Source of the DNA: an uncultured delta proteobacterium
GTDB taxonomy: Bacteria; Desulfobacterota; Binatia; UBA9968
DNA: 64,000 nucleotides
Assembly (NCBI GenBank): GCA_963847445.1
Contig: CAWJZV010000024.1
Location: forward strand, 64,001-128,000
Direction: 5' to 3'
The position numbers and the translations under genes were made by a program. The notes below the pieces were generated by a model. That model saw nothing but the letters and a program-made list of their open reading frames with translations. It was not told where the DNA came from and did not search any database. This document shows, piece after piece, positions 31,493 to 43,048 of the stretch (position 1 is its first letter; each line of letters begins with the position of its first letter).

Positions 31493-32546
31493 CCCCATGA
31501 TGAAACTTGCACAGCTGACCTGTTGTCTATTGGTTGTCTGCGTCGCCGCCGGCGCACAAGCCCAAGCGCCGTTTTACGAAGGAAAAAATATCCTCTTAGT
31601 CAGCGGCACCGACGCCGGCGGCGCCGGCGACCTGCGCACGCGAGCGCTCCTCGCACCGCTGAAGAAACATATTCCCGGCCAGCCCAATATCGTCATGCAA
31701 TACATGCCCGGCGCCGGCGGCCGGAGAGCAGCCAATTATCTTTACAAGTCGGTGAAACCCGACGGCTTGACCATGGGTGCCATGATTACCGGCATGATTC
31801 AGGGCACGCTGTTCGGCGAAAGCGACGTGCTCTACGACATCGACAAGTTCATCTATCTCGGCTCCCACGCGCGCTACGCGCCCTACGGCTTCATCAGCCG
31901 CAAAGGCGCCGGTTTCACGACCAAGGAAAAACTCGCCGCCGCCACTGGAGTGCGCATCGGCGCTCCCTCCGTCGGTCACAGCCTGTACACCATGGCGCGG
32001 CTGTTCGCTTACATGTTCGAGCTAAAAGAGCCGCGCTTCGTCACCGGCTACACGCCGCGGGAGATCGACTTCGCCTTGGAGCGCAACGAGATCGACGCCC
32101 GAGTGAGCATCCTGGACAGCTTGCTGACGCGTAATGCCCATTGGCTCGATAAAGATATGGTGGACATTAACGCCACCATGGACATCCCCAAAGATATCAG
32201 TTTCAGCCATCCGCGGCTGGCTAAACTTATCGAGATCGAAGCCCTGGCTAGGTCTAATCAGGAACGCCGATTGATCGCCCTATTTCGCGGCGCGCGCGCC
32301 ACCGGCCAACCGTTTGTCCTCCCGCCCGCTACACCGCCTGACCGAGTAAAGATTTTACGCGAAGCCATGCGCAATGCCTTCGCCGACCCCGATTACGTCA
32401 AGAGCTACGAGAAACTCACCGCCGAGCCGGCCATGTCGATCGCCCCGGAAGAGTTCGAAAAACAGCTGCGCGAAATCCCCCGTGAACCGGAGATTATCGA
32501 TCTATTCAAAAAGCTATCCGGCCCGGGGCCGCTGCCGAAGCGCTAG
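31485..32546 (+). CDS. TctC-family substrate-binding protein
   Basis: AQAPFYEGK, GGAGD, QYMPGAGG, KPDGLT, GPLPKR. Confidence 0.9.
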   Translation: MVNPMMKLAQLTCCLLVVCVAAGAQAQAPFYEGKNILLVSGTDAGGAGDLRTRALLAPLKKHIPGQPNIVMQYMPGAGGRRAANYLYKSVKPDGLTMGAMITGMIQGTLFGESDVLYDIDKFIYLGSHARYAPYGFISRKGAGFTTKEKLAAATGVRIGAPSVGHSLYTMARLFAYMFELKEPRFVTGYTPREIDFALERNEIDARVSILDSLLTRNAHWLDKDMVDINATMDIPKDISFSHPRLAKLIEIEALARSNQERRLIALFRGARATGQPFVLPPATPPDRVKILREAMRNAFADPDYVKSYEKLTAEPAMSIAPEEFEKQLREIPREPEIIDLFKKLSGPGPLPKR

Positions 32547-32565
32547 CCGCTAACATCACATCGTT

Positions 32566-32849
32566 ACCCATAAGTTTCGGCTGGACACGGCGGGTGCGGG
32601 AGAGTCTACGAATTATCGTAAAGCACTCAAGCCGCGGCGGGTTTTCCGGTCCCCCTCTTTGGAAAAGAGGGGCTAGGGGAGATTTGTCGCGCCTACGCAG
32701 CTCCATTTATAGAACTGGAATGCCGCGCTGGTGCTAAAGAAACCGCCCCACGCCACAACCAAATCCCTCTCAATCCCCCTTTTCCAAAGGGGGAAGGGGT
32801 AACTATGAGGCCTCTGCTTCAACCCCCGTGTCCAGCCAACAAGTTGGGT
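32566..32849. mobile_element. MITE-like element with about 24-bp imperfect terminal inverted repeats and an internal REP-like pair
   Basis: ACCCA..GGCTGGACACGG / CCGTGTCCAGCC..TGGGT ends; internal hairpins CCCCTCTTTGGAAAAGAGGGG and CCCCCTTTTCCAAAGGGGG. Confidence 0.6.
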
Positions 32850-32879
32850 CCGCATGATCAGGGTAGTAGGCGAGATATC

Positions 32880-33194
32880 TCAAGGCAGCCGCAGTAACAG
32901 AATCCCAGCGACGACCAGCGCGACGCCGCCAAGCATTCGTGCATTGAGTTGCTCGGCGAATAGGAAGTAGCCAGCGATTACCGCGAGCAGCGCCTCAAGC
33001 CCGAGCACGACGACGTAACTCGATCCGAGCGCTTCCTGTTTCATCGCCCAGGCCTGGATCAGCGCGCCGGCGCCGAAGAGCGCGACCAGCGCCAGCGCCG
33101 GCAACCAGCGCGTCAGTCCGGCGGAATGTTTCATGAACACGCCGCCGGCGACGTACAAAGCCGCGGCGAGAGCATAGAGCGCCAGCGCTTTCAT
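32880..33194 (-). CDS. SMR/DMT-family small multidrug transporter
   Basis: 104 aa, 4 TM segments, MKHSAGLT, LGSSYVVVLGLE, LFAEQL; lacks the TM1 Glu of EmrE. Confidence 0.8.
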   Translation of the reverse strand: MKALALYALAAALYVAGGVFMKHSAGLTRWLPALALVALFGAGALIQAWAMKQEALGSSYVVVLGLEALLAVIAGYFLFAEQLNARMLGGVALVVAGILLLRLP

Positions 33195-33246
33195 TTGAGT
33201 TTGCCGTAAAGCGAAGAACTAAGTTCGTCTGGCTGGCAAGCTTGGC

Positions 33247-34866
33247 CTAGGCGCCGATCAACTTGAGTTTGTTCTTGGCGTTCTTGCCAATCTTGTTGCG
33301 CGGGAATTTCTCCGCGACATGTTCGAGCAGATCGATGCCCAAACCGCGTTCTTGGCCGGCCCGTTCGACCAGGCTGAAACCCAGGGCAAAAAGATCTTCC
33401 GGCGCCAGGCTTTTTTCTTTTCTCAAAGTTTCAAAAACCGGATAGGCGGAGCCGCGATAAAGACCGGTCAAGAGCTCCACGGCTGGATGTTGGCGATTGG
33501 TCGCCAGCGTGTGCGCATGCAGTTTCAACTGCGCCAGTGCCAACGCATAGCGATGCTCAGCTTTGAACTCGCTAAAATCTTTGAGCGGAGTCAAGAATCC
33601 CAGCGCTTCTTTGTATTTCTTGGTCTTAAGCAGTTTGACGCCCTGGTCCGCCAGCCGGTCGTAGACCAACGCCACATCGGCGCTTTTGAGGACATGCAGA
33701 AACGCCGTCTGAATCCGCTCTTCGCCGGCGATCGCTTGGTGCAACCGTTTCCACAGGCCGTCGAGCGTGTCTTGGCGCCACTTGCCTTCGAAGGACGGCA
33801 GCAGCTCGGCGATGCTCCACGCCTTGCTTGGATCTTGGCAAGCGGCGAGATCTTTGAGCAAAACATTTCGCGCTTCGGGAATCCTGCGCAGCGAACTCGC
33901 CGCCACGTCGCGCTTGCGATAGTCCGGATCGCCGAGCTCCTCGACTAAGGTGCGAATGCTCGCCGGCGTGGCGACGTCGCCCATTTTGCGCAGGGCGAAT
34001 TTTTGCAGATCCGAGTGCGGGCTTTGCATCAGTTTGGCCAAGAGCGAGCGGGAATCCTCGGGCAATTCATGGGCGTCGAGCAGATCGATGACCAGCCGCG
34101 TCACCTCGGAGTATTCGGCTTCTTCAAGTATCGGCAGCAGTTTGGCGTACTCGTCTTTGCGCAGCTCTTGCTCGCGCAGGCAACGGAGCAAGCCAACCAA
34201 AGCATGGGCGCGCACCGCCGGATGGTGCTCGGCGCCGATGTATTTGAAAAGCCAGCGGCGCGCTTGCGGCCGGCCCAGTTGGCCGAGCAGCCGCATGGTT
34301 GAAACCGCCGCCGGCCGTTGCTGTTTGACATCGAGCTTGGCCGCAAAGGCTTCGACTTCATCGTAGAAGCCATCGAGTTCCTTAGTCTCCATCTCGCGCA
34401 GCGCCGGCGTCATCAAGTCGCATATGACTTTGTTGGTCTCGTCCGTGCCGGCGCTGAGCATCTGCAGCAGCCCCTTCAGCGCCGCCTTACCGCGCACCGC
34501 GGCGAGCACTCGCGCACCGTTCAACTGCCAGGTCCGCGAAGCCTCCTTCGACTGCTGGACTAACAACGGCACCGCCGCTTGGCCGATGCCGGTGAGCGAA
34601 CGCACGGCGCGCTCCTGCATCTCTTTGTCACCGTCGTCGAGCATCTTGAGCAGTTGCGCGGTATTGCTCTTCGGCTGCACTTCTTCAAAATAGCGCAGCG
34701 CATAATCCTTGAGCACCGGATTGGCGCTGTCGAGCATGGTGCCGACAAGTTTTGCCGTCGCCGCGTTGCTGATTTTCAATGCACCCAACACGAGCAACGC
34801 CGCGCAGCGTTGCTCGACGGTGCCCTTTTCCACGAGGGCCAGAAGGTCTTGAAGCGTGTTGTCCAT
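33247..34866 (-). CDS. HEAT/ARM-repeat protein of unknown function
   Basis: Repeated helical units (EQRCAALLVLG, QERAVRSLTGIG, VRAHALVGL, KRDVAASSL); TPR-like C-terminus. Confidence 0.75.
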   Translation of the reverse strand: MDNTLQDLLALVEKGTVEQRCAALLVLGALKISNAATAKLVGTMLDSANPVLKDYALRYFEEVQPKSNTAQLLKMLDDGDKEMQERAVRSLTGIGQAAVPLLVQQSKEASRTWQLNGARVLAAVRGKAALKGLLQMLSAGTDETNKVICDLMTPALREMETKELDGFYDEVEAFAAKLDVKQQRPAAVSTMRLLGQLGRPQARRWLFKYIGAEHHPAVRAHALVGLLRCLREQELRKDEYAKLLPILEEAEYSEVTRLVIDLLDAHELPEDSRSLLAKLMQSPHSDLQKFALRKMGDVATPASIRTLVEELGDPDYRKRDVAASSLRRIPEARNVLLKDLAACQDPSKAWSIAELLPSFEGKWRQDTLDGLWKRLHQAIAGEERIQTAFLHVLKSADVALVYDRLADQGVKLLKTKKYKEALGFLTPLKDFSEFKAEHRYALALAQLKLHAHTLATNRQHPAVELLTGLYRGSAYPVFETLRKEKSLAPEDLFALGFSLVERAGQERGLGIDLLEHVAEKFPRNKIGKNAKNKLKLIGA

Positions 34867-34920
34867 ATGCTTATCTCAATCGTAAATCCACGGTAAAAGT
34901 CAAGGCGCGCCGCTGCGGCC

Positions 34921-34983
34921 GTTACGGGTTACGGGTTTCGAGTTTTGGGTTCAACTCGAAACCCATAACGCGAGACCCGAAAC
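34921..34983. repeat. 7-nt periodic GTTTCGA/TCGAAAC palindromic repeat
   Basis: GTTACGG GTTACGG GTTTCGA GTTTTGG ... CTCGAAA CCCATAA CGCGAGA CCCGAAA; same family at 43899-44118. Confidence 0.75.
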
Positions 34984-35046
34984 TTTTCGGATTGCTTGAC
35001 TCTGAAACAGATTGCCGATACGAACGGCGAAGTCCAAGGAGAACAT

Positions 35047-36205
35047 ATGTTTTATCCAGATCTTTCCCCGTTCGGCGTCGACATGGAGCGTTTGAAACGC
35101 GACCGTTTAACCCGGCTGCAAGGCGAGATGAAGCGGCAAGGCCTCGGCGCGCTCTTGCTGACCGATTTTTTGAATATCCGCTATGCGACCAATACCGTCA
35201 TGATGTTGGGCCTGCGCGCCACCGGCATTCAACGCTTCGCCCTGATCCCCGTCGCGGGCGAGCCGATCGTCTGCCAGCGCGAGCTGTCGCGCAAGAGCGA
35301 CTATCGCAGCGCGCGCTTCGATGCCTACATGTTCGCCATGCGCCCGCCCGTCGCCACCGAAGACTTTGTCGATCAGGCGATCGCCGGCCTGAAGGAACTG
35401 GGCGTTGCCGGCGAGCCTGTCGGCGTCGATTATCTGAACTTGACGGCGATAGACGGATTGAAAGCCAAAGGCGTGAACCTGGTCGACGGCTGCCAGGCCG
35501 TGCACCAGGCGCGCGTCGTCAAGACAGTCGATGAATTGCAACTGATCCGCTGGACGACCCAAGCCAAGGCCAAGGGGTACGATCTGGTGCGCGGCGCGCT
35601 GCGTAAAGCCGATCCGCCGGAAGATCAGTTGAGCCGCATCATGCTCGATTATTTAATGGATCAAGGCTTCGAAGCCGGCAGCGAATTTATTTCAATCTAC
35701 GATTCCTCGACCATCGACTCGCGGCCGCACAACGAGCCGATGGGCGCCGATCTGGTGGTCAAAGAAGGCGATCTTAGTCATCTGCGACGCCACCGTCGCC
35801 GGCCCCGGCGGCTACTACAGCGACTTCTGCCGCACCTTTAGCCGCGGCGCGCCGACGGCCGAAACTAAACAGCGCTACAAAGAAGCCTATGGTTCGCTGC
35901 AGCAAGCGATCCAGTTCGTCCGCCCAGGCTCCTGCGCCGAGGCGTTCAAATCCTTCGGCAAAGGCGCCAGCGCCCGCCTGCCCGGCTTCGACGGCTTTCA
36001 CGGCGTCGGTTTGTGTATTTATGAATCGCCCTGGCTGCGCGGCGGCGATCCGGAAAAGTACATGATCTCGCTGGAAGAAAACATGATCGTCGCCTGCGAG
36101 ATCAACCACTACCCGGTCAAGCTCGAACATCTGATGCGAGTGACCAAAGACGGCGGCGAGATCCTGTCAGAGTATCCGGTCGACCCGGAACTGGTTCCGG
36201 CCTAA
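35047..36205 (+). CDS. M24 (Xaa-Pro aminopeptidase/creatinase-like) peptidase (frameshift near 35775)
   Basis: NIRYAT N-domain, ARVVKTVDEL; second frame CDAT...GGYYSDFCRT, HGVGLCIYESP, CEINH...LEH supplies the D,D,H,E,E ligands. Confidence 0.85.
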
Positions 36206-36214
36206 GAAAGATTT

Positions 36215-36385
36215 GCCGCAAAGAACGCAAAGTTCGCAAAAAAGAAGGGGCGCAGCATGCTGCGCCGCTAAGAATCCGATGTTCCTTTTTGCGCCCATTT
36301 GCGCTCTTTGCGGTTAATCGAATCCGCATTCGCGAATCCTCTTGCTGCGCTTTCACTTCGTGACCTTTGTGCTCTTTGTGGTTAA
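36215..36385. repeat. CGCAAAG/CTTTGCG-family composite repeat
   Basis: CCGCAAAGAACGCAAAGTTCGCAAA, hairpin GGCGCAGCATGCTGCGCC, CTTTGCGG, and CTTCGTG-type units. Confidence 0.7.
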
Positions 36386-36394
36386 ATCATCCGA

Positions 36395-37236
36395 TCAATC
36401 GAAGAACGCCAGCGTGCGCATCTCGATACTCTCGCGCGCCGGCGCGATTGACCGGGACTGTTGGGATCGTCGAACGCGGCATGGGCGGACCAGCGCGCGC
36501 GGCCGTCTTTCATCGAATCGTAGCACTTGAAGACGATCGCTTCGTCAGTCTGCATGTTGGGAAAGTAGAACCAGCGATGGTTGGGATTGTGGGTGAGATG
36601 ATAGATCTCGCCGACGCGGTCTGGATAGCGCCTTTCGGTGCCGATCAAATCTTTAGCGGCGATGCTTTGCGAATCGGCGATCGCCAGCGGCGCGGAAACC
36701 ACCGGGTTACGCACCGGCCGCCACACTTGAATCACGCTGAAACGTTTTTGCATCAACGCCTCAGCTTCTTCCTGCGGCAATAGATCGCGCACCCGCTGCG
36801 GCCCCGACCATTCCGTATAGTCGTTGTGCACGCTGCGCACCGGCCGGCTGGCGAATTTTTCTTCGCGCACTGCGTCATTCTCCGCGCGCAGCGTATGATC
36901 GAAAACCAAGACCCGCGCCGCCCCGGTCGCCCGCTTTACCAGTTGTTCGATCTCCGGATAGTAAACCCGCTTCACTTCGTCGTCGTTGTAGAAATCCTTC
37001 ATCTTGGTTTCATGTTTGACCAAGAGGAAGCCTTCCTTGTCGAGGGAGAATCCACTCGCCAGCCGGCCGTTGCGGATCGTCACCGCATGCGCCTGGTAGT
37101 TTCCGGTATTGCTGGTGACCCGCACTGCGCCCGGCAAGTTGGACTCGGTCACCGGTTTCTCACCGCCTGGAATGATGTAATTCAACGTCGATTGCACCGA
37201 CTCTATTTGTGAATTCTGTTCACCGGCCTGCAACAT
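36395..37236 (-). CDS. CmcJ/NvfI-family oxidoreductase (frameshift near 36450)
   Basis: FSLDKEGF, YYPEIEQLVK, VFDHTLR, VHNDYT, VWRP, PLAIAD, HRWFYFPNM, HAAF, RESIEMR. Confidence 0.85.
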
Positions 37237-37272
37237 GAGAGACCTCCGTCGATTACTGTTGGTTCTGACGCC

Positions 37273-37306
37273 TTGAACGTTTTGAACTATTTGAACGGTT
37301 TGAACG
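37273..37306. repeat. TTGAAC x4 half-element
   Basis: 9-nt periodic TTGAAC. Confidence 0.7.
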
Positions 37307-37318
37307 AGTCCATCCCAA

Positions 37319-38374
37319 TCATGATTTTCGCCCGAGCTCGCGCAACGCCTTCTGCCACTTGGTCGCTTCCCGGTCGTACTGATCCGTAGTCAAGCCCGCC
37401 TCGGGATACCAACGCTTGAAGCCAAAGTCTTTCGACGGGCTGCCGAACTGCAAGTCTTCGAGAATTTTCTGTCCTTCCGGGCTGAGAATGAAATCCGCCA
37501 TCAGCACCGCGGCATGGGGATGAGGCGCCTGATAGACGATCGAAGTCGCGCCGGCATTGGTCGGCACACCTTCCATCGCCACCCAATCGATCGGCGCGCC
37601 TTTGAGCTTTGACTCCATGGCATGATCGCGAAAGATCGACGGCGAGATCGGCACTTCGCCGGAGATCGCCAGGTCGGCCATGGCCCGCCCGGATACGGAA
37701 TGCAGACTGATATCTTGCGCTTTTAGTTTGCTAGCGAACGCGTCCCCTTTGAACTTCAGAATCGCGCCCATCATGCGCACACCCGTGTCGCTGGTCGTCA
37801 TACCCAATTTGCCCTTGAGCTGCGGGTTGAGCAAGCCGGCGAAGTTTTTCGGCACCGCGCCGGCGGGAATCGCGTTGGGATTATAGCCGACACCGATGAA
37901 GCTCTCGCGATTGACGCCCCAGTAGTAAAGTCCATTGCCGGCTTTTTCCTTGGCATGGGCCGGATATTTTTGCAGATGCGGTGAAGTATAAACCGCCAGG
38001 AGCCCATCTTCGCGCAAGCTCTTGAGCAGAGGCAAAGTCGTTTCAATGGTGTCGACCAAATACTGCCGCGCCTTCGCCTCCGCAGTGATGCGCGCCATCA
38101 AATCGTTACTCGCCGCCCGGTAGACATCGACTTTGACGCCGTATTTTTTCTCGAACCCCTGGGCCAGTTCTTTGTAGGAGCTGCCGGCCAGCGAGGTGTA
38201 CCAGGTGACTTTCCCCTCCGCCTTGGCGCCGGCGACGAGAATCTTCTCCCGATCCGCACCGCTATAGGCCACCAGTTCAGACAGCGTGCGAGGCGGCTTG
38301 GTTTGCGCCGATACCACGCCGAATGAAGTGCCTAAGATGAATAAAATCGTGATCCCATGTCGTAAGCATGCCAC
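37319..38374 (-). CDS. ABC extracellular solute-binding protein (SBP_bac_6-like)
   Basis: GAKAEGKVTWYTS, GYNPN, APHPHAAVLMADFILSPEGQ. Confidence 0.88.
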   Translation of the reverse strand: MACLRHGITILFILGTSFGVVSAQTKPPRTLSELVAYSGADREKILVAGAKAEGKVTWYTSLAGSSYKELAQGFEKKYGVKVDVYRAASNDLMARITAEAKARQYLVDTIETTLPLLKSLREDGLLAVYTSPHLQKYPAHAKEKAGNGLYYWGVNRESFIGVGYNPNAIPAGAVPKNFAGLLNPQLKGKLGMTTSDTGVRMMGAILKFKGDAFASKLKAQDISLHSVSGRAMADLAISGEVPISPSIFRDHAMESKLKGAPIDWVAMEGVPTNAGATSIVYQAPHPHAAVLMADFILSPEGQKILEDLQFGSPSKDFGFKRWYPEAGLTTDQYDREATKWQKALRELGRKS

Positions 38375-38638
38375 GGCTGTCCCACAACCTCCGGTTAGCT
38401 GAAAAGTGCTTGAACCTACCGCAAATCAGCACTTCGTACAAATCAACTTTCCGGATTGCGGCGCGGGAAAATCAGGGGGGCCGTGAATTCCCCCAGGTCG
38501 TTTCCGTCTAATCCGTATGAGCTATTGTGCGGTTGAGAATCGACCGGTCATCGTATAAGCGAAGAAGCTGACATTGCGACGCCCGGACGCAGGCAACATC
38601 GATTTGCGGTCCAAAACAATACTGTCACGGAGGCGCCT

Positions 38639-38974
38639 ATGAATAAAATGAGTTATGCAGCCGTTGTCATTCTGAGCCTGCTGATCATCGGCTGTGGCTC
38701 CAGTAACAATGGGGCTTTCGCCGCGCGCAGCGGGCGAGAAGCGCAACAAAATGAACGGGCGGCGATCGTGGAGCGTTTGATTCCCGAGGAAGGTGCGCTG
38801 CCGGAAAATCGCTTGAAGGACGTGCTCGCTGCGATTTCCACGGTCGACAAGGCGTTCGAGATGGAGAATCCCACGCGGGAAAGAGTCCGCCGTCACCTGC
38901 TAGACCGAGAAGTTACGACGCTGCGTCGCATCGAGACAAACGTCCGAGCCATCGAAAGGAAACGCAGGGACTAG
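38639..38974 (+). CDS. Hypothetical lipoprotein
   Basis: GGAGG RBS; MNKMSYAAVVILSLLIIG-C lipobox; helical body. Confidence 0.6.
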   Translation: MNKMSYAAVVILSLLIIGCGSSNNGAFAARSGREAQQNERAAIVERLIPEEGALPENRLKDVLAAISTVDKAFEMENPTRERVRRHLLDREVTTLRRIETNVRAIERKRRD

Positions 38975-39077
38975 ACTTACGCGAATTTTACATGCCGCGC
39001 CCCGCATTGTCATATTCAGCGCTCTGCCGGGTCGTTGACAATGCACGCTAACCGTTCGCGAGAGCAACGCCGGCTGC

Positions 39078-41314
39078 TTATTGTTGTTGGACTCGCAACG
39101 CGCGATAAATCGTCTCGGCACTTACCGGCAGATTAAACAGCCGCACGCCAACCGCGTCGGCGATCGCGTTGGCGATGGCCGCCGGCGGCGCGTTGTTGGC
39201 GAACTCGCCGATGGGCTTGGCGTTGTGCGGGCCGACGCCGCCGCCGGAGGTGACTAGAACGGTTTTCAACTCGAACAGATCGGCGATGGACGGCAATTTG
39301 TAATCGCCGAGATTATTGTTGGTCACTTTGCCTTGATCGATGACGATCTCTTCCATGAGTCCCTGGCCGACGCCCATCACCGCCGCGCCGTCGATCTGCC
39401 CCTGATGCGTCAACGGATTGATGATCGTGCCGACATCGTGGGCGGTGACGAAGCGATGGAGTTTCACCGCGCCGGTCTCGGGATCGACTTCGACCTCGGC
39501 GACCTGTGCGCAGATGTACGAAAACTCGTCGGGTGCGCGATAGTCTTCATAGACGGTAACGAGCAGCGGTTCCGCCGTTTGAGCGACAACCCGGCGCAGC
39601 AATACTTGTTGGCCCCGGATCTTGGCGCAGCGAAAACTTGCCGCCGTCGAAGTCGATGTCTTCGGCGCGGCATTCCAACATGCGCGCGGCTTGGGCGAGT
39701 AATTTTTCGCGCAGCTCGTCGCAGGCTTTGATCATGGCATTGCCGGCGACGTAAGTCATGCGGCTGGCGCGCATGCCGCCGTCACGCGGCGCCGTGTCGG
39801 TGTCGCCGATGACAACACGCACATGGTCAATGCCGATTTTCATCCGATCGGCGACCAACTGGCGCAAGATCGTGTGCGTGCCCGAGCCTTGATCGATGCT
39901 CGGGCTGACGATTAAGTAGCCGCCGTCCGCTTCGGCGCTGAGAATCACGCCGGTGTCGCCGCCGCTGATATGGCGGCCCGAAAGCGCGATGCCGCGCCCA
40001 TGATTGGCTTTCTTCGGTTTCTTCCAACCGGCGGCGTCCAGTGCGCCTTGGAGCACTTCACGAAAGCGCACGTCTTTCAACTCTTGACCGACCGCGTCGG
40101 CTTCTCCGTCGCTAAGAAAGTTCTTCAGGCGAAACTCAGCGGCATCTATAGCCAGTTCTTTGGCGATGATGTCGGTGTGGCAGTCCACCGCGAATGCCGT
40201 CGCCACCGCGCCGGGACTGCGGTAGTAACCGCCAGGGACGGTGTTGGTATAGATCTGCATGAACTCAATGTCGGCGTGCTCGATGCTGATACTGGCCCCC
40301 GGCATAGTGCCAGGTCGCCAACGACGTATTGGACTTGAGCGCGCCGTATCCGCCGCTGGCATGGACGGCGCGCATTTGCCGCGCGACCAGCCGGCCGTCG
40401 CGCATTACCCCGCTCTTGATCGTGATCACCGTCGGATGCGCCGGATTGCTCGCCGACAGCTCTTCGGCGTAGGTCATGATGAACTTCACCGGCCGCCCGG
40501 TTTTCTGCGCAAGAAAATAAAGGATCGGCAAGTCGACACCGTCACCCTTGCCACCGAACTCGCCGCCGACGTTGACCACGTTCATGCGGATGCGCTCTTC
40601 GGCCAAACCCAGGCATTTGGATAACTGGCTGCGCACTCCGAAGGGATTTTTCACTCCGGCCCAAACTTGCACGCGGCCGTCCGGCTCAATCGCAACGGTC
40701 GCCGCGTGCGGTTCGAGGTAGCCTTGATGGCGCGCCGGTACATTGAAAGTGTGTTCGAATACCAGATCGGCGTCGCGGAAGCCTTGCTCGACATCGCCTT
40801 TCTTCCACGCTAATCGCGTGAGACCGTTGCGCAGGTCGGCGGCGAGAATATTCTTCGGCGCGCCATCGTACTCGGCGACATTGTCATGGAGCTGCGGCGC
40901 GTCCGGCGCCATCGCTTGCAGCGGATCGAACACCGCGGCAAGAATTTCGTAATCGACGTCGATCAATTGAATGGCTTCCTCGGCGGCATCCACGGTCTCC
41001 GCCGCCACCGCCGCCACCCGGTCGCCGATGAAACGCACTTTGTCCCAGCACAGCACCGGCAAGTCGCGAATCTGCTTGCCGATAAGCAGCCCGCGCACAT
41101 CCGCGCCGGTGATAATCGCCTTCACCCCGGCAACTTTCTCCGCCTTGCTGGTATCGACGCGGACAATCCGCGCGTGCGGATGCGGACTGCGCAAGATTTT
41201 CGCCCACAGCAGCCCTGGCAGCTTCACATCGGCGGCATAGATCGACTGGCCGCTGACCTTGTCGCCCGCCTCCGCCCTCGGCACCGACGCCCCAATCGCT
41301 TTGAATTCAGCCAT
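39078..41314 (-). CDS. Xanthine dehydrogenase/CoxL-family molybdopterin-binding subunit (frameshifts near 40290 and 39605)
   Basis: LRSPHPHARI, YLEPH, VGGEFGGKG, DQGSGTHT, GDTD, AEVEVDPETG, DVGTIINP, GQIDG, KPIGE. Confidence 0.9.
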
Positions 41315-41531
41315 GGTGTTAGTTTCCTTAATCTATTTTTGCCAGCGCCGCTGGATAGTTAATCAACCTTCAGGGTAATTAGTACGCCAGAGCACCCAAG
41401 GTCAAGGTTGGATGGCAACAATGATGCGAAAGAAGACTTTGTATCTCAGATAAATTGCCAGAACATGAAGCGGTTGGACGCGAACTGGTGAGATTTATCG
41501 ATTGGATGAAAAATCCAATTTCACCACGAAG

Positions 41532-41710
41532 TGAATCATGATCTTACGCACGCCCACAGATAATGTAAAGTACCGGAAGCCATTCCTTAGACTCGTCATG
41601 CCGGCGCAGGCCGGCATCCAGCGGAAGGGATATACCGGCCTGCGCCGGTATGACGGAACAGAGAGTCGTATCGATGCCCAGTCATCGCTGCACGTGTATT
41701 TTCTAAGGAG
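41532..41710 (+). mobile_element. Non-coding site-specific inserted element, copy B (179 bp)
   Basis: Same ends and target as copy A: CACCACGAAG|TGAATC...GTATTTTCTAAGGAG|ATCACGAA. Confidence 0.75.
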
Positions 41711-41856
41711 ATCACGAAAGCCACGAGACTGAAGAGGACGGGTTTCAAACCCGCCCCTACAATTCCAGAATCTTATTTTGCGCCCTTTGCGGTTAAATAC
41801 TCCGGTTCTGAATGACTTCCTTGGTTACGGCTCAACTGAACTTTGCCATTAGTGCA

Positions 41857-42958
41857 TCACAGCCCATACAACGCCTTGGCATTGTCGCTGAGGATTTTCT
41901 GTTTCACTTCCGCTGACAGATCGGTGCGCTCTTTGAAAATTTTAATCGCGTCGACATCGCTCGAGGTATCCATGTGGCCGTAGTCGGTGCCGATGACCAG
42001 ACAGTCCGCGCCGCCGTTCTCGACCAGATAGGGCAAGTCGTCGGAGTTTTCACAGGTGACAAACATGCCGTAGTCGCGCGCGATGTTCTCCGACCAGGGC
42101 CGGTCCAAAGTCTCGAAAACGGTTCTTGGCTTCGTGCAGCACCCAGGGCAGCCACTGCGCGCTGGCTTCGATAAAACCCCAGCGTAGTTTGGGAAATAGT
42201 TGATGGACGTCGCTGAGCATCACATCGCTGAACGCCGCCACCGTCGGCACGCGGAAGCGATGCAACCCCGCCGCCTGCGACACCGGATGGCGATAGAGAT
42301 CGTTGAGCCAAGTGTTGCCGTTGGCGATATGCACCGCGATGGGAATGTCGAGCTTCTGCGCTTCGTCGTAAATCGGATAGAAGTACGGATCGGCGAGCAA
42401 GCGGCTGCCTTCGATGGGCCGCATTAAAACGGCGCAGGCGCCATGCTGCTTGGACCAGCGGATTTGGTCCAACGCGTCCGGCATGCTCAAGATCGGCGGC
42501 ATGCACGACCATAAGAGACGCCCCTTGCCATGTTCCCAGATATCGGCCAGCCATCGGTTCCAGCTTTTGCACAGCGCCACTTCCACCGCGGCCCGTTCGG
42601 TCACGCCCTCGATGAACATGGTGTTGTGCAGCACTTCGACATCGACGCCGGTCTGATCCATATGTTCCAAACGCATGTCGACATTGCCCATCTCGCGCGA
42701 CGCATCCATGTCGGCGAACTTGCGTCCCGCCTGTTTGGCGCGTTGTTCCAGCGCCTCAGGGGAGAAAGCCGGGAATCGCAAACCACGCACCTTGCCATCG
42801 ACGAGCCAAAACTGCTGCTTCACGCCGCCCTTCTCAGCGGTCTGCAACGGTGTCGGCCGGTACTGCCGCTCCGACGGATCCATGAACTCCCAAGTCCGCT
42901 CGCACTCGACAACATGCGCGTCCGCATCGATCACAATCGCCTGTCCATTGGTCGTCAT
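41857..42958 (-). CDS. Amidohydrolase_2-family protein (frameshift near 42110)
   Basis: IDADAHVVE, MDQTGVDVEVL, WNRWLAD, FPKLRWGFIEA, GTDYGHMD, ILSDNAKALYGL; paralog of 27808. Confidence 0.88.
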
Positions 42959-43048
42959 GTTTAAATCTCCTCTTCGGCCCGAGACTATTTGATCGTGCTG
43001 CATCCTGTCAATATTGCGGAGCGCGAGGAGTTTATTTTCACCACGAAG

